Origin: Octopus sinensis
Lineage: Eukaryota
Length of the DNA: 40,598 bases
Assembly: GCF_006345805.1 (NCBI RefSeq)
Contig: NW_021834217.1
Coordinates: 1 to 40,598 of the forward strand
Reading direction: 5' to 3'
Of this stretch, positions 1 to 12,256 are shown in pieces. Within the stretch, counting starts at the first letter, position 1, and each line of letters begins with the position of its first letter. A model generated the notes under the pieces. It was not told the DNA's origin, did no database searches, and worked only from the letters and a program-made list of their open reading frames with translations. A program made the position numbers and the translations under genes.

Positions 1-135
1 CATCAACTTACTTATTGATGTATATTGTTTTATTCTGTCTTATTCTGTTGGATTTGGATGTTCCTATTTATCTAAATAATTATTTAATAAATTATATGAA
101 TTGGTATTATCTGGAAGTTGATGATTGAAAGAAAT

Positions 136-207
136 CTATTCCTCTATTTTCTTATTATATATTATACATATATATATATATAATATATATATATATATAA
201 TATATAT

Positions 208-246
<39 letters not shown>

Positions 247-405
247 GTATATGTATATATATATGCATATATATATATACATGTATATGTATATATATAT
301 GCATATATATATATATACATGTATATATATATATATACATGTATATATATATATATATACATGTATATATATATACATGTATATATATATATATATACAT
401 ATATA

Positions 406-457
<52 letters not shown>

Positions 458-560
458 GTAATATATATATATATACATATATATATAATATGTATAATAT
501 ATATATATATACATATATATATATGTATATATATATATATTACATATATATATATATAAC
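136..560. repeat. (TA)n microsatellite with TATG/CATA interruptions
   Basis: Long alternating TA tract; it accounts for the YIYIYI ORFs in this interval. Confidence 0.97.
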
Positions 561-701
561 ACAAGGGGATCAGCCATCTGAATGTGGCTAGGGACAGGGC
601 GGGTGGTGGGGGTGTTACTGATGCATTTAGCCCCAGTAACACCCCCACCACCCCGCCCTGTCCCTAGCCACATTCAGATGGCTGATCCCCCTTGTGTTAT
701 A
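555..701. mobile_element. MITE-like near-perfect hairpin (about 66-bp arms, 13-nt loop) at the edge of a TA tract
   Basis: 555-620 (TATAACACAAGGGGATCAGCC...GTTACTG) is the reverse complement of 634-701, apart from two 1-nt homopolymer indels. Both ends read TATA. Confidence 0.7.
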
Positions 702-796
702 GAGCAGTTACTGTTTATATCTCGCTCAGAGATTTATTATTGTCATATATATATATATATAATAATATATGTATATGTGTGTATATATATATATAT

Positions 797-1851
797 CATC
801 ATCATCATCATCGTCGTTTAACGTCCGTTCTCCATGCTAGCATGGTTGGACGGTTCGACCGGGTTTCTGGGAAGCCAGAAGGCTGCACCAGGCTCCAGTC
901 TAATTTGGCAATGTTCTACAGCTGGATGCCCTTCCTAACGCCAACCACTCCGTGAGTGTAGTGGGTGCTTTTTACGTGCCACCTGCACAGGTGCCAGGCG
1001 GGGCTGGCAACGGCCACGGTCAGATTGTGTATTTTATGTGCCACCGGCACGGAAGCCAGTCGAGGCAGTGCTGGCATCGGCCACGAGTTGGATAGTGCTT
1101 TTTACGTACCACCAGACCAGGGATCCTGGCTGGTTCAATTCGATTCGATTTCGCTTGCCCCAACATGTCTTCACAAGCAAAGGGGGTTGGCAAGGGTGCC
1201 TGTCGTACGGTCGCATATTGGAGTATTTTACGTGCCACGGCCACGAGTCGGATAGGGCTTTTACGTACCACCAGACCAGGGCTCCTGGCTGGTTCAATTC
1301 GATTTCGATTTTGATTTCGCTTGCCCCAACATGTCTTCACAAGCAAGGAGGTTGGCATGGGTGCCTGTTGTACGGTCGCATTGGAGTATTTTACGTGCCA
1401 CGGCCACGAGTCGGATAGTGCTTTTTACGTACACCAGGCCAGGGATCCTGGCTGGTTCAATTCGGTTTCGATTTCGATTCGCTTGCCCCAACATGTCTTC
1501 GCAAGCATGGGGGTTGGCATGGGTTGTCTGTCGCGGATGAGGTTCTATATCGACTTCGCTTGCCTCAGCCGGTCTTTGTGTCCAAGAGGAGGAAAGGCAT
1601 CATAAGTGGGCTGGGCTCACTTGTCCTGCCTGGTCTTTCATGTACAGAATATTCCAAAGGTCTCGGTCTCTGGTCATTTCCTCAGTGAGGCCTAAAGTTC
1701 GAAGGTCGTGCTTCACCACCCGTCCCAGGTTTCCTGGGTCTACCTCTCCCACGGGTTCCCTCAACTGCTAGGGATTGGCACTTTCTCACACACCTATCTT
1801 CATCCATTCTCGCCACATGACCATACCAGCGCAATCGTCTCTCTTGCACAC
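797..1851 (-). mobile_element. 5'-truncated RTE-clade LINE (ORF C-terminus, repetitive 3'UTR, (TGA)n tail)
   Basis: Minus strand encodes VQERRLRWYGHVARMDEDRCVRKCQSLAVEGTRGRGRPRK. The 3' end matches 17660-17843 and (CAT)n lies at 797-812. Both sides are TA-rich. Confidence 0.92.
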
Positions 1852-3295
1852 ATATATATATATATGTGTGGTGTGGGGTGTGGTGTGTATGAATATATAA
1901 TATAGTGTACATATATATATATGTATGTATGTTATATACATACGTTTTATATATACTTACTATGTATGTACAAACATAGACGTACTATGTGGGAGGTTGA
2001 TTCAATTCTGAGCAAGAGAAAATGTTTACGAAATTCATGTTTTTTGATTTTGTAAGCATGTCAAAGGGTGTTAGACATATGGAATTCAAAACAGGGGCCC
2101 AAGGTTGCTGCTGGAAAGATGGTGGATAATCTTGTGGCTGACTACAAAGTCAGTTTTGCTGGACATCACCTACGTACGCATATACACACACACAGTTCAA
2201 TGAGGGAGATCGCTGCCTGGTTGTGAGACCAGCTATAAATAGCAGCTACATAACCCTCAAATGCAGAAATGCACACATAGTATATGTGTGTGTGTGTGTG
2301 CGCATATGTGTTAGTGTTAGTGTGTGTGTGTGTGCACCCCCAGTTTTAAATTCACCAGTTTACTTCTACAAAGTTCAGTCAGACATTTCAAATGCGGATA
2401 GAAATTGTTGAAATATTTGCAACAAACCCAAAATAAAGAAACAGGTTAGAAATTCATTTTTGCAGAACCGAATATGAGAGCAGAGTGTGTAAGCCAATAT
2501 TATGTTGAATAACATCAATGGACGTGATTGCCATCTTAGGTGTGGTAGGATCATTTCACTGTATCAGTTTATCCCAGGCGTTTCCATTTAATATCTCGTT
2601 TAAGAAAGGTGATCTTCAATAAAATTAAGGACTGTCAACCTTGATGGTTGCAGTGGTGATTGAGGTAGTGGTGTGTGTGTGTGTGTGTGTGAGTGTGAGT
2701 GTGATATTGTTGGTGTTGTTGTTGCTGTCATGTCATTTCCCCCAAGCTTGTTGATCATGTCAGTGAATGCCACCTACATATTTATTGTTCTGCATGTGAT
2801 TTGAGTGAAGTTTAGCTACTTTTTCTAATAGTCCATGATGGTAGCAAATTGACAGCTTTGCAGTAATTGTTCCAGCTCTTTGTGTTCTGAGATCAAATCC
2901 TGCTGAAATCAGATGTATTTTTCAATCTCTCAGGGTTAATAAATAAAATACAAGACATACCTACCTCACCATGGCACTGCTCTCATTCCATTAAGGGCCC
3001 AAGTAGAAATTGGCAAGGTGGTGGTGACAAGGGTGCTAGAGGTGGTGGTCATGGTGCCTATCAGAGGGAGAGGTTGGTATTAATGTAGTTAGAGCAGTTT
3101 GGCCCCAACTCAACCCTGATCCATCAAATCTAGAAGCTAAGACATTCCAGCCATGACATACTATTTGGACTAACTTTTAACAGCATCTCGCCAGACAATG
3201 AAAAACATTAAATACCAGTAATACGTTGTTACCATTCTGCTCACGTAATTATTAGGTTTTGGGGCACTGCGTTACACTCTCTCACTAATTAATTA

Positions 3296-3328
3296 GCTTG
3301 CATTATATGCATAAATGTGTGTATATAC

Positions 3329-3392
<64 letters not shown>

Positions 3393-3430
3393 ATGTAAAT
3401 ATTTATACATACATACACACACACATATAT

Positions 3431-3472
<42 letters not shown>

Positions 3473-3539
3473 TGTGTTTACATATATATATATATATATA
3501 TACATGTGTATACATATGTCTACATGCATATACATATAT
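3296..3539. repeat. (TA)n/(TG)n compound microsatellite
   Basis: Directly visible. Confidence 0.95.
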
Positions 3540-4321
3540 CATCGTCATTTAATGTCCACTTTCTATGTTGGCATGGGTGGGACGGTCTGACAAGTCAGAT
3601 GGTTGCAACCGGTTTTAAGCCAATTTGGCAAAGTTTCAACAATTGGATGCCCTTCCTAATGCCAAACACTCCAAGAGTGTAGAGGGTGCTTTTTACATGC
3701 AACCAGCACAAGGGCTGGTCAGGCAGTACTGGTAACAACCATGTTTGAATGGTGCTTTTTACGTGCCACCGGCATGGGAGCGAGTGAGGTGGCACTGGCA
3801 ATGATCACTTTCAAATGGTGCTTTTTACGTGCCACCAGCATGGGACCAGTTAGCTGGCACTGGTATCAACCACCCTCAAATGCTGCTTTTTATGTCCCCC
3901 TGGCACAGGAGCCACTCAGGTTGTACTGTCATCAGCCACGACAATGAACTCACTTGCATGAACATGACCTTACAAGCGCAGTTTATTGCCTAATGATTGA
4001 AAGGCACTCTTAAATGGGCTGGTTATGCTGCACTGGCATAGGCCACGGTTATGGTCTCAGCTTGCTGTGGCTTCTCAAGCACAGGATATATCTGCAGAGG
4101 TCTCAGCCACTTGTCATTGTCTTGGTGAAGCCCAACGTTTGAAGGTCGTGCCTCACCACCTCATTCCAGGTCTTCCTGGGTCTACCTTTCCCACAGGTTA
4201 CCCCTACTACTAGGGTGTGATACTTTTTCACACAGCTGTCCTCATCCATACACAACAAATGACCATATCAGTGCAGTCGTCTCTCTTGCACACCACATCT
4301 GATGTTTCTTAAGTCCAACTT
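3540..4321 (-). mobile_element. Diverged 5'-truncated RTE LINE 3' fragment
   Basis: Minus strand encodes KLDLRNIRCGVQERRLH. 3'UTR repeats contain GTGCTTTTTACGTGCCACC and the terminal sequence resembles the other RTE copies. Confidence 0.88.
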
Positions 4322-5165
4322 CAGATGTAAATAATATTTAATCAACTTTTCCATTCTCAAGCTTTTAACTAATACATTGTTCCTACACCTGTCTTTGTCT
4401 TTTGTTTTTTTGTAAATTTGAACCATATACCTGTTTGTGTGATTGGATGGCTGGACGGACGGATGGACACAGAGACAGAGAGTCTCTCTACAGAAAGAGA
4501 GCATTACTTTTCACTCCCCTCCTCTCTTATCAAATAGGTTCATATTCGGAATAGGCAGAGTGAATGCACAAAGAAGTAGGAGCACCTGCATAATGAAGGG
4601 GTTCAGAAGACTGGACAGGGTGTGTGGATAGAGAGAAGAGAGAGGGGTGATCCCTAACAGTGTGAGGGGAGATGGGTTGGGTTATGGAGACTGTAACAAG
4701 TGAGGGGGAGAGATATACGAGTGTCTAAGGGGACCATGGTACGTCTGTGAGGGCATTGAGAGTGAATGTGTGTGAGCAGGCATATGAGGGAGAGTGGAGG
4801 GACATGAAGTAGGAGGAAAGGAAAGTGTTGTTGAGAAGAGGTGGAGGACCAGATTGTATTGGGGGAAGGCATGGGTGTAAAGGGTGTAACTGTATGTATG
4901 TGTATATATATATATATATGTGTATATATATATATATAATATATACACACACTCAAGCACAGATGGCAAATTAATTTATTTCCACATTAATACAGAAAAT
5001 CAAGTCATGGGGTAAGTATAAAAATATTTTATTTTTCATTCCCTTTGAAATTACTCTTGTGGTTTGGGCTTTAACTGCCCTCTCTAGCACGTAAGGTGTC
5101 CTGTTAAAGGTAACCTACTTTGTGTATAAATACATACATTAATTTATATGTATATATATATATAT

Positions 5166-5429
5166 TTAGTGAATTGAAGAAATGGAGTTGAACGAAGATT
5201 GAACCATGGCCATGGGCTCTTAGGAGCCTCGTTCGATTTGTTTTGCTCCGCCTCTGTTCTGTTTTTGTTTTTTCCAACGGATTTCCTATTTCTTCCTGAA
5301 GAGAAAGACACAATATGGTCTCATTATTCAATCGGAATTTGGTAAATTGTGCCTTTCGAAACACGTGTAGAATGCAATAAAACGATTTCTGTTCAATCTT
5401 CGTTCAACTCCATTTCTTCAATTCACTAA
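5166..5429 (+). mobile_element. Penelope-like terminal fragment with an inverted 39-bp copy of its 3' end
   Basis: 5166-5204 is the exact reverse complement of 5391-5429. The interior holds a hammerhead motif followed by AATAAA (5376-5381). The left flank is (TA)n. Confidence 0.65.
5293..5372 (+). ncRNA. Type I hammerhead ribozyme motif (minimal stem III, palindromic ACGU loop)
   Basis: CTGAAGA (5296-5302); stem II GAAAGACACAAT/ATTGTGCCTTTC (11 of 12 pairs); GAAA (5358-5361); C-ACGT-G; GTA triplet (5367-5369); short stem I TTC/GAA. Confidence 0.75.
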
Positions 5430-5704
5430 TAATATTAAAATTCAATTATCCGCACCAACGCACGGTTGCAACACCATATGGTTGTACCTCCAACCGTGCT
5501 GTCTTCTGCTGTGATTTTTGCTACCAAGGTATCGGTTAAACTTTTGATTAATCTGCAACAAGATTATTCATCTTTCTATTTCACAAAATATATATATATA
5601 TATATATTGGCTTCAAATTTTGGCACAAAGCCAGCAGAATCGTGGAATGCTCCAGTTTTGATTGCATCAGTCCCAGTGGCCATCGTCCCTGAATGTGAAT
5701 CTCC

Positions 5705-5790
5705 ATGGAATTAGAACTCAGAACATAAAGTCAGATGAAAACACTGCTAAGCATTTTGCCTGGTGTACTAACGATTCTGCCAGCTCAGCA
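5705..5790 (-). mobile_element. tRNA-derived SINE 5' fragment
   Basis: Reverse complement of GAGCTGGCAGAATCGTTAG...GTTCTGAGTTCTAATTCC; same family as 11145-11351. Confidence 0.75.
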
Positions 5791-5811
5791 GATATATATA
5801 CATGTTTATAT

Positions 5812-5857
<46 letters not shown>

Positions 5858-5881
5858 GTATATATCTTTATATATATATAG

Positions 5882-5912
<31 letters not shown>

Positions 5913-6137
5913 CTAATTTCAGCTCAGAGCTGCAGCCATGCTGATGCACCGAGCCATACAGAGCTCTCGGTCATTGGCTCAATGCATACATATATACATT
6001 CCTATAACAATAGAATCTGACTAGAAGGAGATTTGGCTGTTATTTCTAGCAGGGTTAGCTACTCTAAAGCATTCTTTTTCCTTGCTTCGTTCAATGTCCG
6101 ACACATTAACGATGAAGTCATTCACTGCACAAATAAC

Positions 6138-6338
6138 AGTCCTTTCTTCTAAAGGCACAAGGCCTGACATTTTGTAGGGAAGCGGACGGTCGACTACATC
6201 GGCCTCAGTACTCAAATGCTACTTGTTTTATTGACCCTGGGGAGATGAAACCAAAGTCGGCCTCGGTGGAATTTGAACTTGGAACGTAGCGACAAGTGAA
6301 ATACCACTAAGCATTTCGCCCAACATGCTAACGATTCT
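6138..6338 (-). mobile_element. tRNA-derived SINE (same family as 11145-11351)
   Basis: AGAATCGTTAGCATG head, GTTCAAATTCC B-box-like motif, and CAGGCCTTGTGCC...AGAAAGG tail on the minus strand. Confidence 0.8.
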
Positions 6339-8257
6339 TATTAATTATAATAATAATAATAACTATAATGGGCTTATTGTATACGATGTTAGGGTCACTA
6401 CAACTCATTGGAAAAGGTATGCCTGTATGTGTGTATGTATATGGGTGTGTTTGTAGGTACATGTTTATATGTATATATATGTATGTGTATGTGTGTGTGT
6501 GTGTGTAGCTATATATGTATGTATACAAATTTAAATGTTGAGGATGGGATTTTTCCATATAAACAAAGAAGGCAAAATAAGTGAATATGATTGGTTCAGA
6601 AACATGAAACACTTGAATGGAAATGCATGGAGAGGTGGTGGTGGTGGTGGCCATGTTGGAGAGGATGTAAAGAGAGAAAGAAAGAATATAGAATTGGATG
6701 GGAGGTGGGGAGAGGGTGTCATTCATATAGTCTGTGGTAATCTGAGATAGGCGTGTAGATGCAATCTGGCTAACATATACTACAACACACCAACATATAC
6801 ACACACATACCTATACACGACAGCAGACACATACTTTTAAACCAAGATACATACCCATGACAAGGTAACACCCACCAGGTATCTAGAAACTTCTTCCTGG
6901 TAGATTATAAATATAGCTTTAAGTGCAGTATACTAGCCAAACCATTGCCACTTTTGCATGATATTTCTGAGAGAGACAGTCTTCAGGCTAGAATAAACAC
7001 CTCAACACAAGTAATCCAGGTAATTATTTTATTTAATATGCAATTTACCAATACACTTCGTTAAAGCTTCATTAGAACTATTTGAAGCATAAACTTTTAT
7101 ATTGGAATTTGTTTTATTTTCAGGCAGTATTTTTAGACAAGAAAATTTTCAAAGATTTTACACTGTTACATTACAAGTAAAAATTTTCATTTTCAGAATA
7201 TAAAATAAAGTATAGTTTGGTTATGACTATGTCAAAACTATTTAATGGAAATTAGAGGAATGGATATGTTCATCTAAGGATACACAATTTTAGGTAGTTT
7301 ACAGTGGATTTCTAATTCTCAAGTGAAATTTAAAATTTGTAAATTAATTTTATGGCTGTTAAATTATTAGTTTTATGTAAACTTAATTTTTTAAAAGCTT
7401 AGCAAGGGAGAAGGGCCCTGCCGATGGTCCTTTATATTTCCAGGGTCTTCAAAAGTGGTGAATGGAAGATAGACATTCTCAAAACAAGAGACCTAACATG
7501 AATGCATACAACAGAGAAATCCTCTCCTAAAAAGCATCTCAAGGGCCAGGTGATGGTGTCAAAAAAGGTGATAGATTAAGTCTGCAACCAAGGAGGCAAC
7601 AAAGGATTTGAACTCAGATCACAAAGAACCACATTAAATACTACAAGGCATCTTGTCAAATATATAAATCCATCAGACCACCACCTCAGACTGGCATTTT
7701 AATTATCGACCCTTGCATAATAAAAATCAAAATTAATCTCGGCAGGATTTGAACTCAGCAGACAAAGAGTTTGTATAAATACCACAAGGTAGTGTGTGTG
7801 TGTAGCTATATATGTATACAAATTTCAATATTGAGGATCGATTTTTCCACAAAAAGAAAGAAAGCAAAATAAGTAAAAAACAAATTTATAGCCTGATTAA
7901 GTTTGTGTCTAAGTCCAACGTTCTAATGACTCTATTAACACAGTGTAACACATGCTTTGTTTATTTGTATTTTTTAATGTTCATATAAGCATTTTTTGCC
8001 ACTAAATTCAAAAATCACATTCATTTTTACCTAACATCGATAGTTATTTATTTATTCCTAATTTCATATTTGCTCTTTATATTTGTAACTTTTCTCTACA
8101 GCACTTTGTTGGTTCAATCTATTCTAGTATTGTAAGGATAATTACACAACATTTAGTAATTTTTCATTGATTGAAAAGTATTTAGGAAGTATAATATTAG
8201 TTACAACAAAAAGAAACAATAAAACTCTGCACTGTAAATGCCTTGATAACTCTTTTC

Positions 8258-9046
8258 TTAAGATGAGAAGTGCTTTGACGATCGAGATTTTCTAGAGTGT
8301 ATACCTTCATCTCTTCTGACTAGAGACCATATATAATCTCCCATCATAGAAGTATCCCATCGACCTTGGTATCTTCTTTCCATAGTTGCGACGTCCTGAT
8401 TAAATCTCTCACCATGATCCTCACTTCACGGCATTTCCAGTATACAGATGTCTTGCAGTCTTCCCCCAGTAGATTCCATTCCTTCAACCTTGATAAAACA
8501 AGTTCAACTCCTGACTTAGTAAGACCCAGATCCCTGATTAAATCATCTAGCTCACTCTGATTTGGAAGGTGAGGCTCTGAAGTCGTTCATGGTACGAAAG
8601 CTTCTGCTACTTGTTGACTCTTCAGATGAAATATTTTCTGGTGGTAGTGGTACTCGTAAACTGTCAGGTGCTCTAGATGATGGTATGTCTGGATACTGAA
8701 GAGATTGTCTTCTTTTCACTTTTCTGTACTTTGTCACATTGATCATACAAAACTAACAGTCATCGTGATGGTTCTTTGGCTCTCTCCATACCCTTGGAAT
8801 GGCAAAAGGCATTGACCTTCCTGGACATTTTAACCATCATTCTAGAGTAGACTGACAGCTTCCACATATCACATGTGGGGGCCCGTGGTTTGTCCTGGTC
8901 ACCTATGGGCATTCCGAAATAGTCTGTACGCTATCCACAATTTGGCACCTTTCACGATCTTATGTAATACCTGCTTTTTTCCAATATAATAAACCACACA
9001 CATAGCAAAATGTATCTGGAGAATTTTTACATATTCTAGAAGCCAT
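8258..9046 (-). pseudogene. Internally deleted, disrupted Chapaev3-like (CMC) DNA transposase
   Basis: Minus strand reads MASRICKNSPDTFCYVCG, YFGMPIGDQDKP, MPFAIPRVWREPKNHHDDC*FC, YPDIPSS, PHLPNQSELDDLIRDLGLTKS...LSRLKEWNLL, then jumps at about 8425 to SEDHGERFNQDVATMERRYQGRWDTSMMGDYIWSL. Stops and frameshifts are present. Family assigned from recalled Chapaev3 motifs. Confidence 0.82.
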
Positions 9047-10694
9047 CCTGAAAGTAGCACAATTTAGTAATTGGTCTGAAAGGGAAAATTAGACATACAT
9101 TAGTCAGCGGAACATTATAACAATACCGAATATATAATAACATTGAAAGTCGACATATTGTTTTAACTGTTGATGAGACACAAAAAATAATTTCAGTTTT
9201 GGAATCAGCAGAAAAAATAGATTGATAAACAATGAAAAAAATTCAATTAACAAATTTTTTTTGAAAATTGTTACATTGTGTAATTGATCTTTTTCTTCTT
9301 TCAATCAATGAAATATTTTTTTTAACTGATTTTGATTTTAATATTAAACTTTGTATATAAATGGAATTGTTCTGCTGATTTCATTTCTATTTTATATCTT
9401 GAAGCAAACAAAAAGAATTGTTTAAATATTAAACAATTTGGTGACAACATATATTTTCTCTCTCAGCACATTTTAATGTGCAATGCATTAAATATGTTTT
9501 CTCACCATCTTCAATATTATTTATCAGATGGATTGCTTCTGAGAATTACTTCATATTGTCTGCAATTATTATAAACTCTATTACAAACCAACAACAAAGT
9601 CTCAAAAAAACTCCTAAAAACATGTTAGATGATAACAACTTATGGGTGGGGTCATGGCTAGAAAGTCTGACCATAGGGTGATTAGATAAGAATTGATTTT
9701 TAGTTAAACATCAACAACAGAAGCCATAATTTTAATTTATTTTAAACAAATATATTTGTTACATTTCAAATGTAATGTTTATAAAAATAATTCTAATATT
9801 TCAACTTCATAAATTGTATTCTGACATTATAAAAGTTAAACATCCTATTAATTTAAAAAAGATTATAGTTTTGATATATTTTTATAAATTATATTTAAAT
9901 ATTGTATTTGAAGGAATAATCTATGTTATAATTTGGTAAATTTAGAAATATTCTTGGAGATTTCTGTGGAATTATCAGCTTGGTTGAGAAATAGAATAGT
10001 GATGGGTGTTTTTTTAAAGTGTAGATTTGTGGATGAGAAAGACATGAATAATAATTGAAGAGAGGGTGTGTCATTTATAGAGATAGGTTAACAGACTAAA
10101 TGGTGGTGGTCGTGGTGGTAGAAAGATTTCAAGTTATGAATGTAATGTGTGGCTGATGTGTTTTACTCCTTTAGTTTATTGAACACGGCCATGCTGGAGC
10201 ATTGCTTTTATGTATTTAACTGATTGTATTAGCACCAGCATTTCTTTTTAAGTCCGGTAAATATTTTAACCGAATCTATTTGTGGATCAGCTAAATTAGG
10301 AAATGGAGTTGATATTTTAATTAAACAGTAAGTACTAATGATTAAATGATGGAAAGAATATATATATATATAAAGTGAGAGAGAGAGAGATACACACTTG
10401 TATACATACATATATACGCACACTCTTCACATTTGTGCTAATTTCCTCCAACCATTTTATAAACTATAAAAAATGTGTCTAGGATTTCAAATACTTTTAC
10501 AAGAAGAGAAAGTTTATATTTTTTTGAACAATTTCAAAAATATTTGATGAATTCTATAGAAAGAAAATGTAAATTATATTTAATGACAAAAGGTTTTAGA
10601 TTTTATGTTTCATGGAAAATTCAAAGTTTGTAAATCAATTTTACAGAAATTTAAGATAAGAAATCAAATAGGTACGTAACTGTGTCTTTATTTT

Positions 10695-10890
10695 TGTCCC
10701 ACTAACATTGCTTGACAACCGATGTTAGTGTGTTTACATTCCTTTAACTTAAAAGTTCAGCAAAAGACACCAATAGAATAAGTACTAGGCTTACAAAGAA
10801 TAAGTCCTGGGGTCAATTTGTTTGACTAAAGGCAGTGCTCCAGTATGGCCACAGTGAAATGACTGAAACAAGTACAAGAATAAAAGAATA
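10695..10890. mobile_element. Interspersed SINE-like repeat (also at about 10160-10250, 27425-27480, 35225-35420, 40280-40351)
   Basis: Recurrent AATAAGTCCTGGGGTCAATTTGTTTGACTAAAGGCAGTGCTCCAG(C/T)ATGGCCACAG block in both orientations. Confidence 0.8.
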
Positions 10891-11144
10891 TATATATATA
10901 TACATATATACACGTACACTATATAAACACACACACACACATAATATATACATGTTTATGTAAAAGGGAAATAAAATGTTGAAGTTGATATTGAAAAGGA
11001 GAGAGGGAATGAGAGAAAGAGAGAGAGAAGAAAGTAAAAGAAAAGAAGGACATATGAAGGATATAAAATAGGAAAGGAAGAGTTGTTATCATTATTATTA
11101 ATTACTATTATTATTATTATTATTAATTACTATTACTATTATTT

Positions 11145-11351
11145 GGGTGGTGAGCTGGCAGAATCGTTAGCATGCTGGGCAAAATGCTAGGCAGCTATTT
11201 GTTTGCCTTTACGTTCTGAGTTCAAATTTTGCCGACATCAACCTTGTTCCTTTCGGGGTCAATAAAATAAGTACCTTTTGAGTTCTGGAGTCGATGTAAT
11301 CAATTTACCTGCTCTCCAGAACAAGCTGGCCTTCTGTTAAAATTTGAAGCC
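11145..11351 (+). mobile_element. tRNA-derived SINE with a Meta-domain-like centre
   Basis: GGTGAGCTGGCAGAATCGTTAGC head, GTTCTGAGTTCAAAT B-box-like motif, CCTTTCGGGGTCAATAAAATAAGTACC centre, (ATT)n tail. Confidence 0.82.
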
Positions 11352-11384
11352 ATTATTATTATTATTATTATTATTATTATGACT

Positions 11385-11545
11385 CATCTGCCACAACATT
11401 CTGAGTTCAAATTCCACCAAGGTCAACTTTGCCTTTCATCCTTTTGGGGTCGATTCAATAAGTTCCAGCTATGCACTGGAGGCGATGTAATTTACTAGTC
11501 CCCTCACCCCAAATTTCAGGCCTTGTGCCTATAGTAAGAAAGTAT
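11385..11545 (+). mobile_element. Partial SINE, same family
   Basis: TTCTGAGTTCAAATTCCACCAAGGTCAACTTTGCCTTTCATCC...CAGGCCTTGTGCCTATAGTAAG. Confidence 0.78.
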
Positions 11546-11546
11546 T

Positions 11547-11577
<31 letters not shown>

Positions 11578-11612
11578 TTATTATTATTATTATTTTATTA
11601 TTATTATAATTA

Positions 11613-11826
11613 CTGTGACGAGCTGGCAGAATTGTGAGGATGCAAAGCAAAATGTTGAGCGGCATTTTGTCCATCTTTACATTCTGAGTTCAAATTCCAC
11701 CAAGGTTGACTTAGCCTCTCATCCTTTTCGGATCGATAAATTAAGTACTAGTTGAGTACTGGGGTGAGTGTAATAGACTGGACCCTTCCTTGAACTTGCT
11801 GGCCTTGTGCCAAAACTTGAAATCAT
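11613..11826 (+). mobile_element. SINE, same family
   Basis: GAGCTGGCAGAATTG...TTCTGAGTTCAAATTCCACC...GGCCTTGTGCCAAAACTTGAAATC. Confidence 0.78.
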
Positions 11827-11952
11827 TTTTATTATATTAAAAAAACATAAAAGAAATCATTGCTGTTGTTGTTGTTGTTTTTGCTGCTGCTGCTAATATT
11901 ATTATTATTGATGTTGTTATTGTTATAGTTATTGATATTCTTCTTCTTCTTC

Positions 11953-12004
<52 letters not shown>

Positions 12005-12006
<2 letters not shown>

Positions 12007-12229
12007 TGAACAAGCAGAATTGTTACAAAATGCCAGACAAAATACTTTGCATCATTTCTTCCAAGTTTACATTTTGAGTTCAAATTCCACCAAGGGTGAT
12101 TTTGACCCTTGTCCTTTTGGGATTGATAAAATAAGAACCAGTTAGGGGCTGGGGATGGGTGACATAATCAATTAACCCCCACACCCCAAATTTCAGGCCT
12201 TATGCCTATAGTAGAAAGGATTATTATTA
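12005..12229 (+). mobile_element. SINE, same family
   Basis: GCAGAATTGTTAC...TTGAGTTCAAATTCCACC...CAGGCCTTATGCCTATAGTAGAAAGGATTATT. Confidence 0.75.
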
Positions 12230-12256
12230 TCTTCAGAATATTACCAAAAAAATTTG

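Noticed and set aside
125-673. Many ORFs of 60-170 aa rich in YI/YM/CV/HT (also at 3293-3552, 4654-4969, 25614-26093, 32539-34031, 35906-36957)
   Set aside because: They are translations of (TA)n, (CA)n, (CAT)n and (TAA)n microsatellites that lack stops in some frames.
6955-6995. Minus-strand CTGAAGA...GAAA
   Set aside because: No valid NUH triplet, and no stem I or stem II closure.
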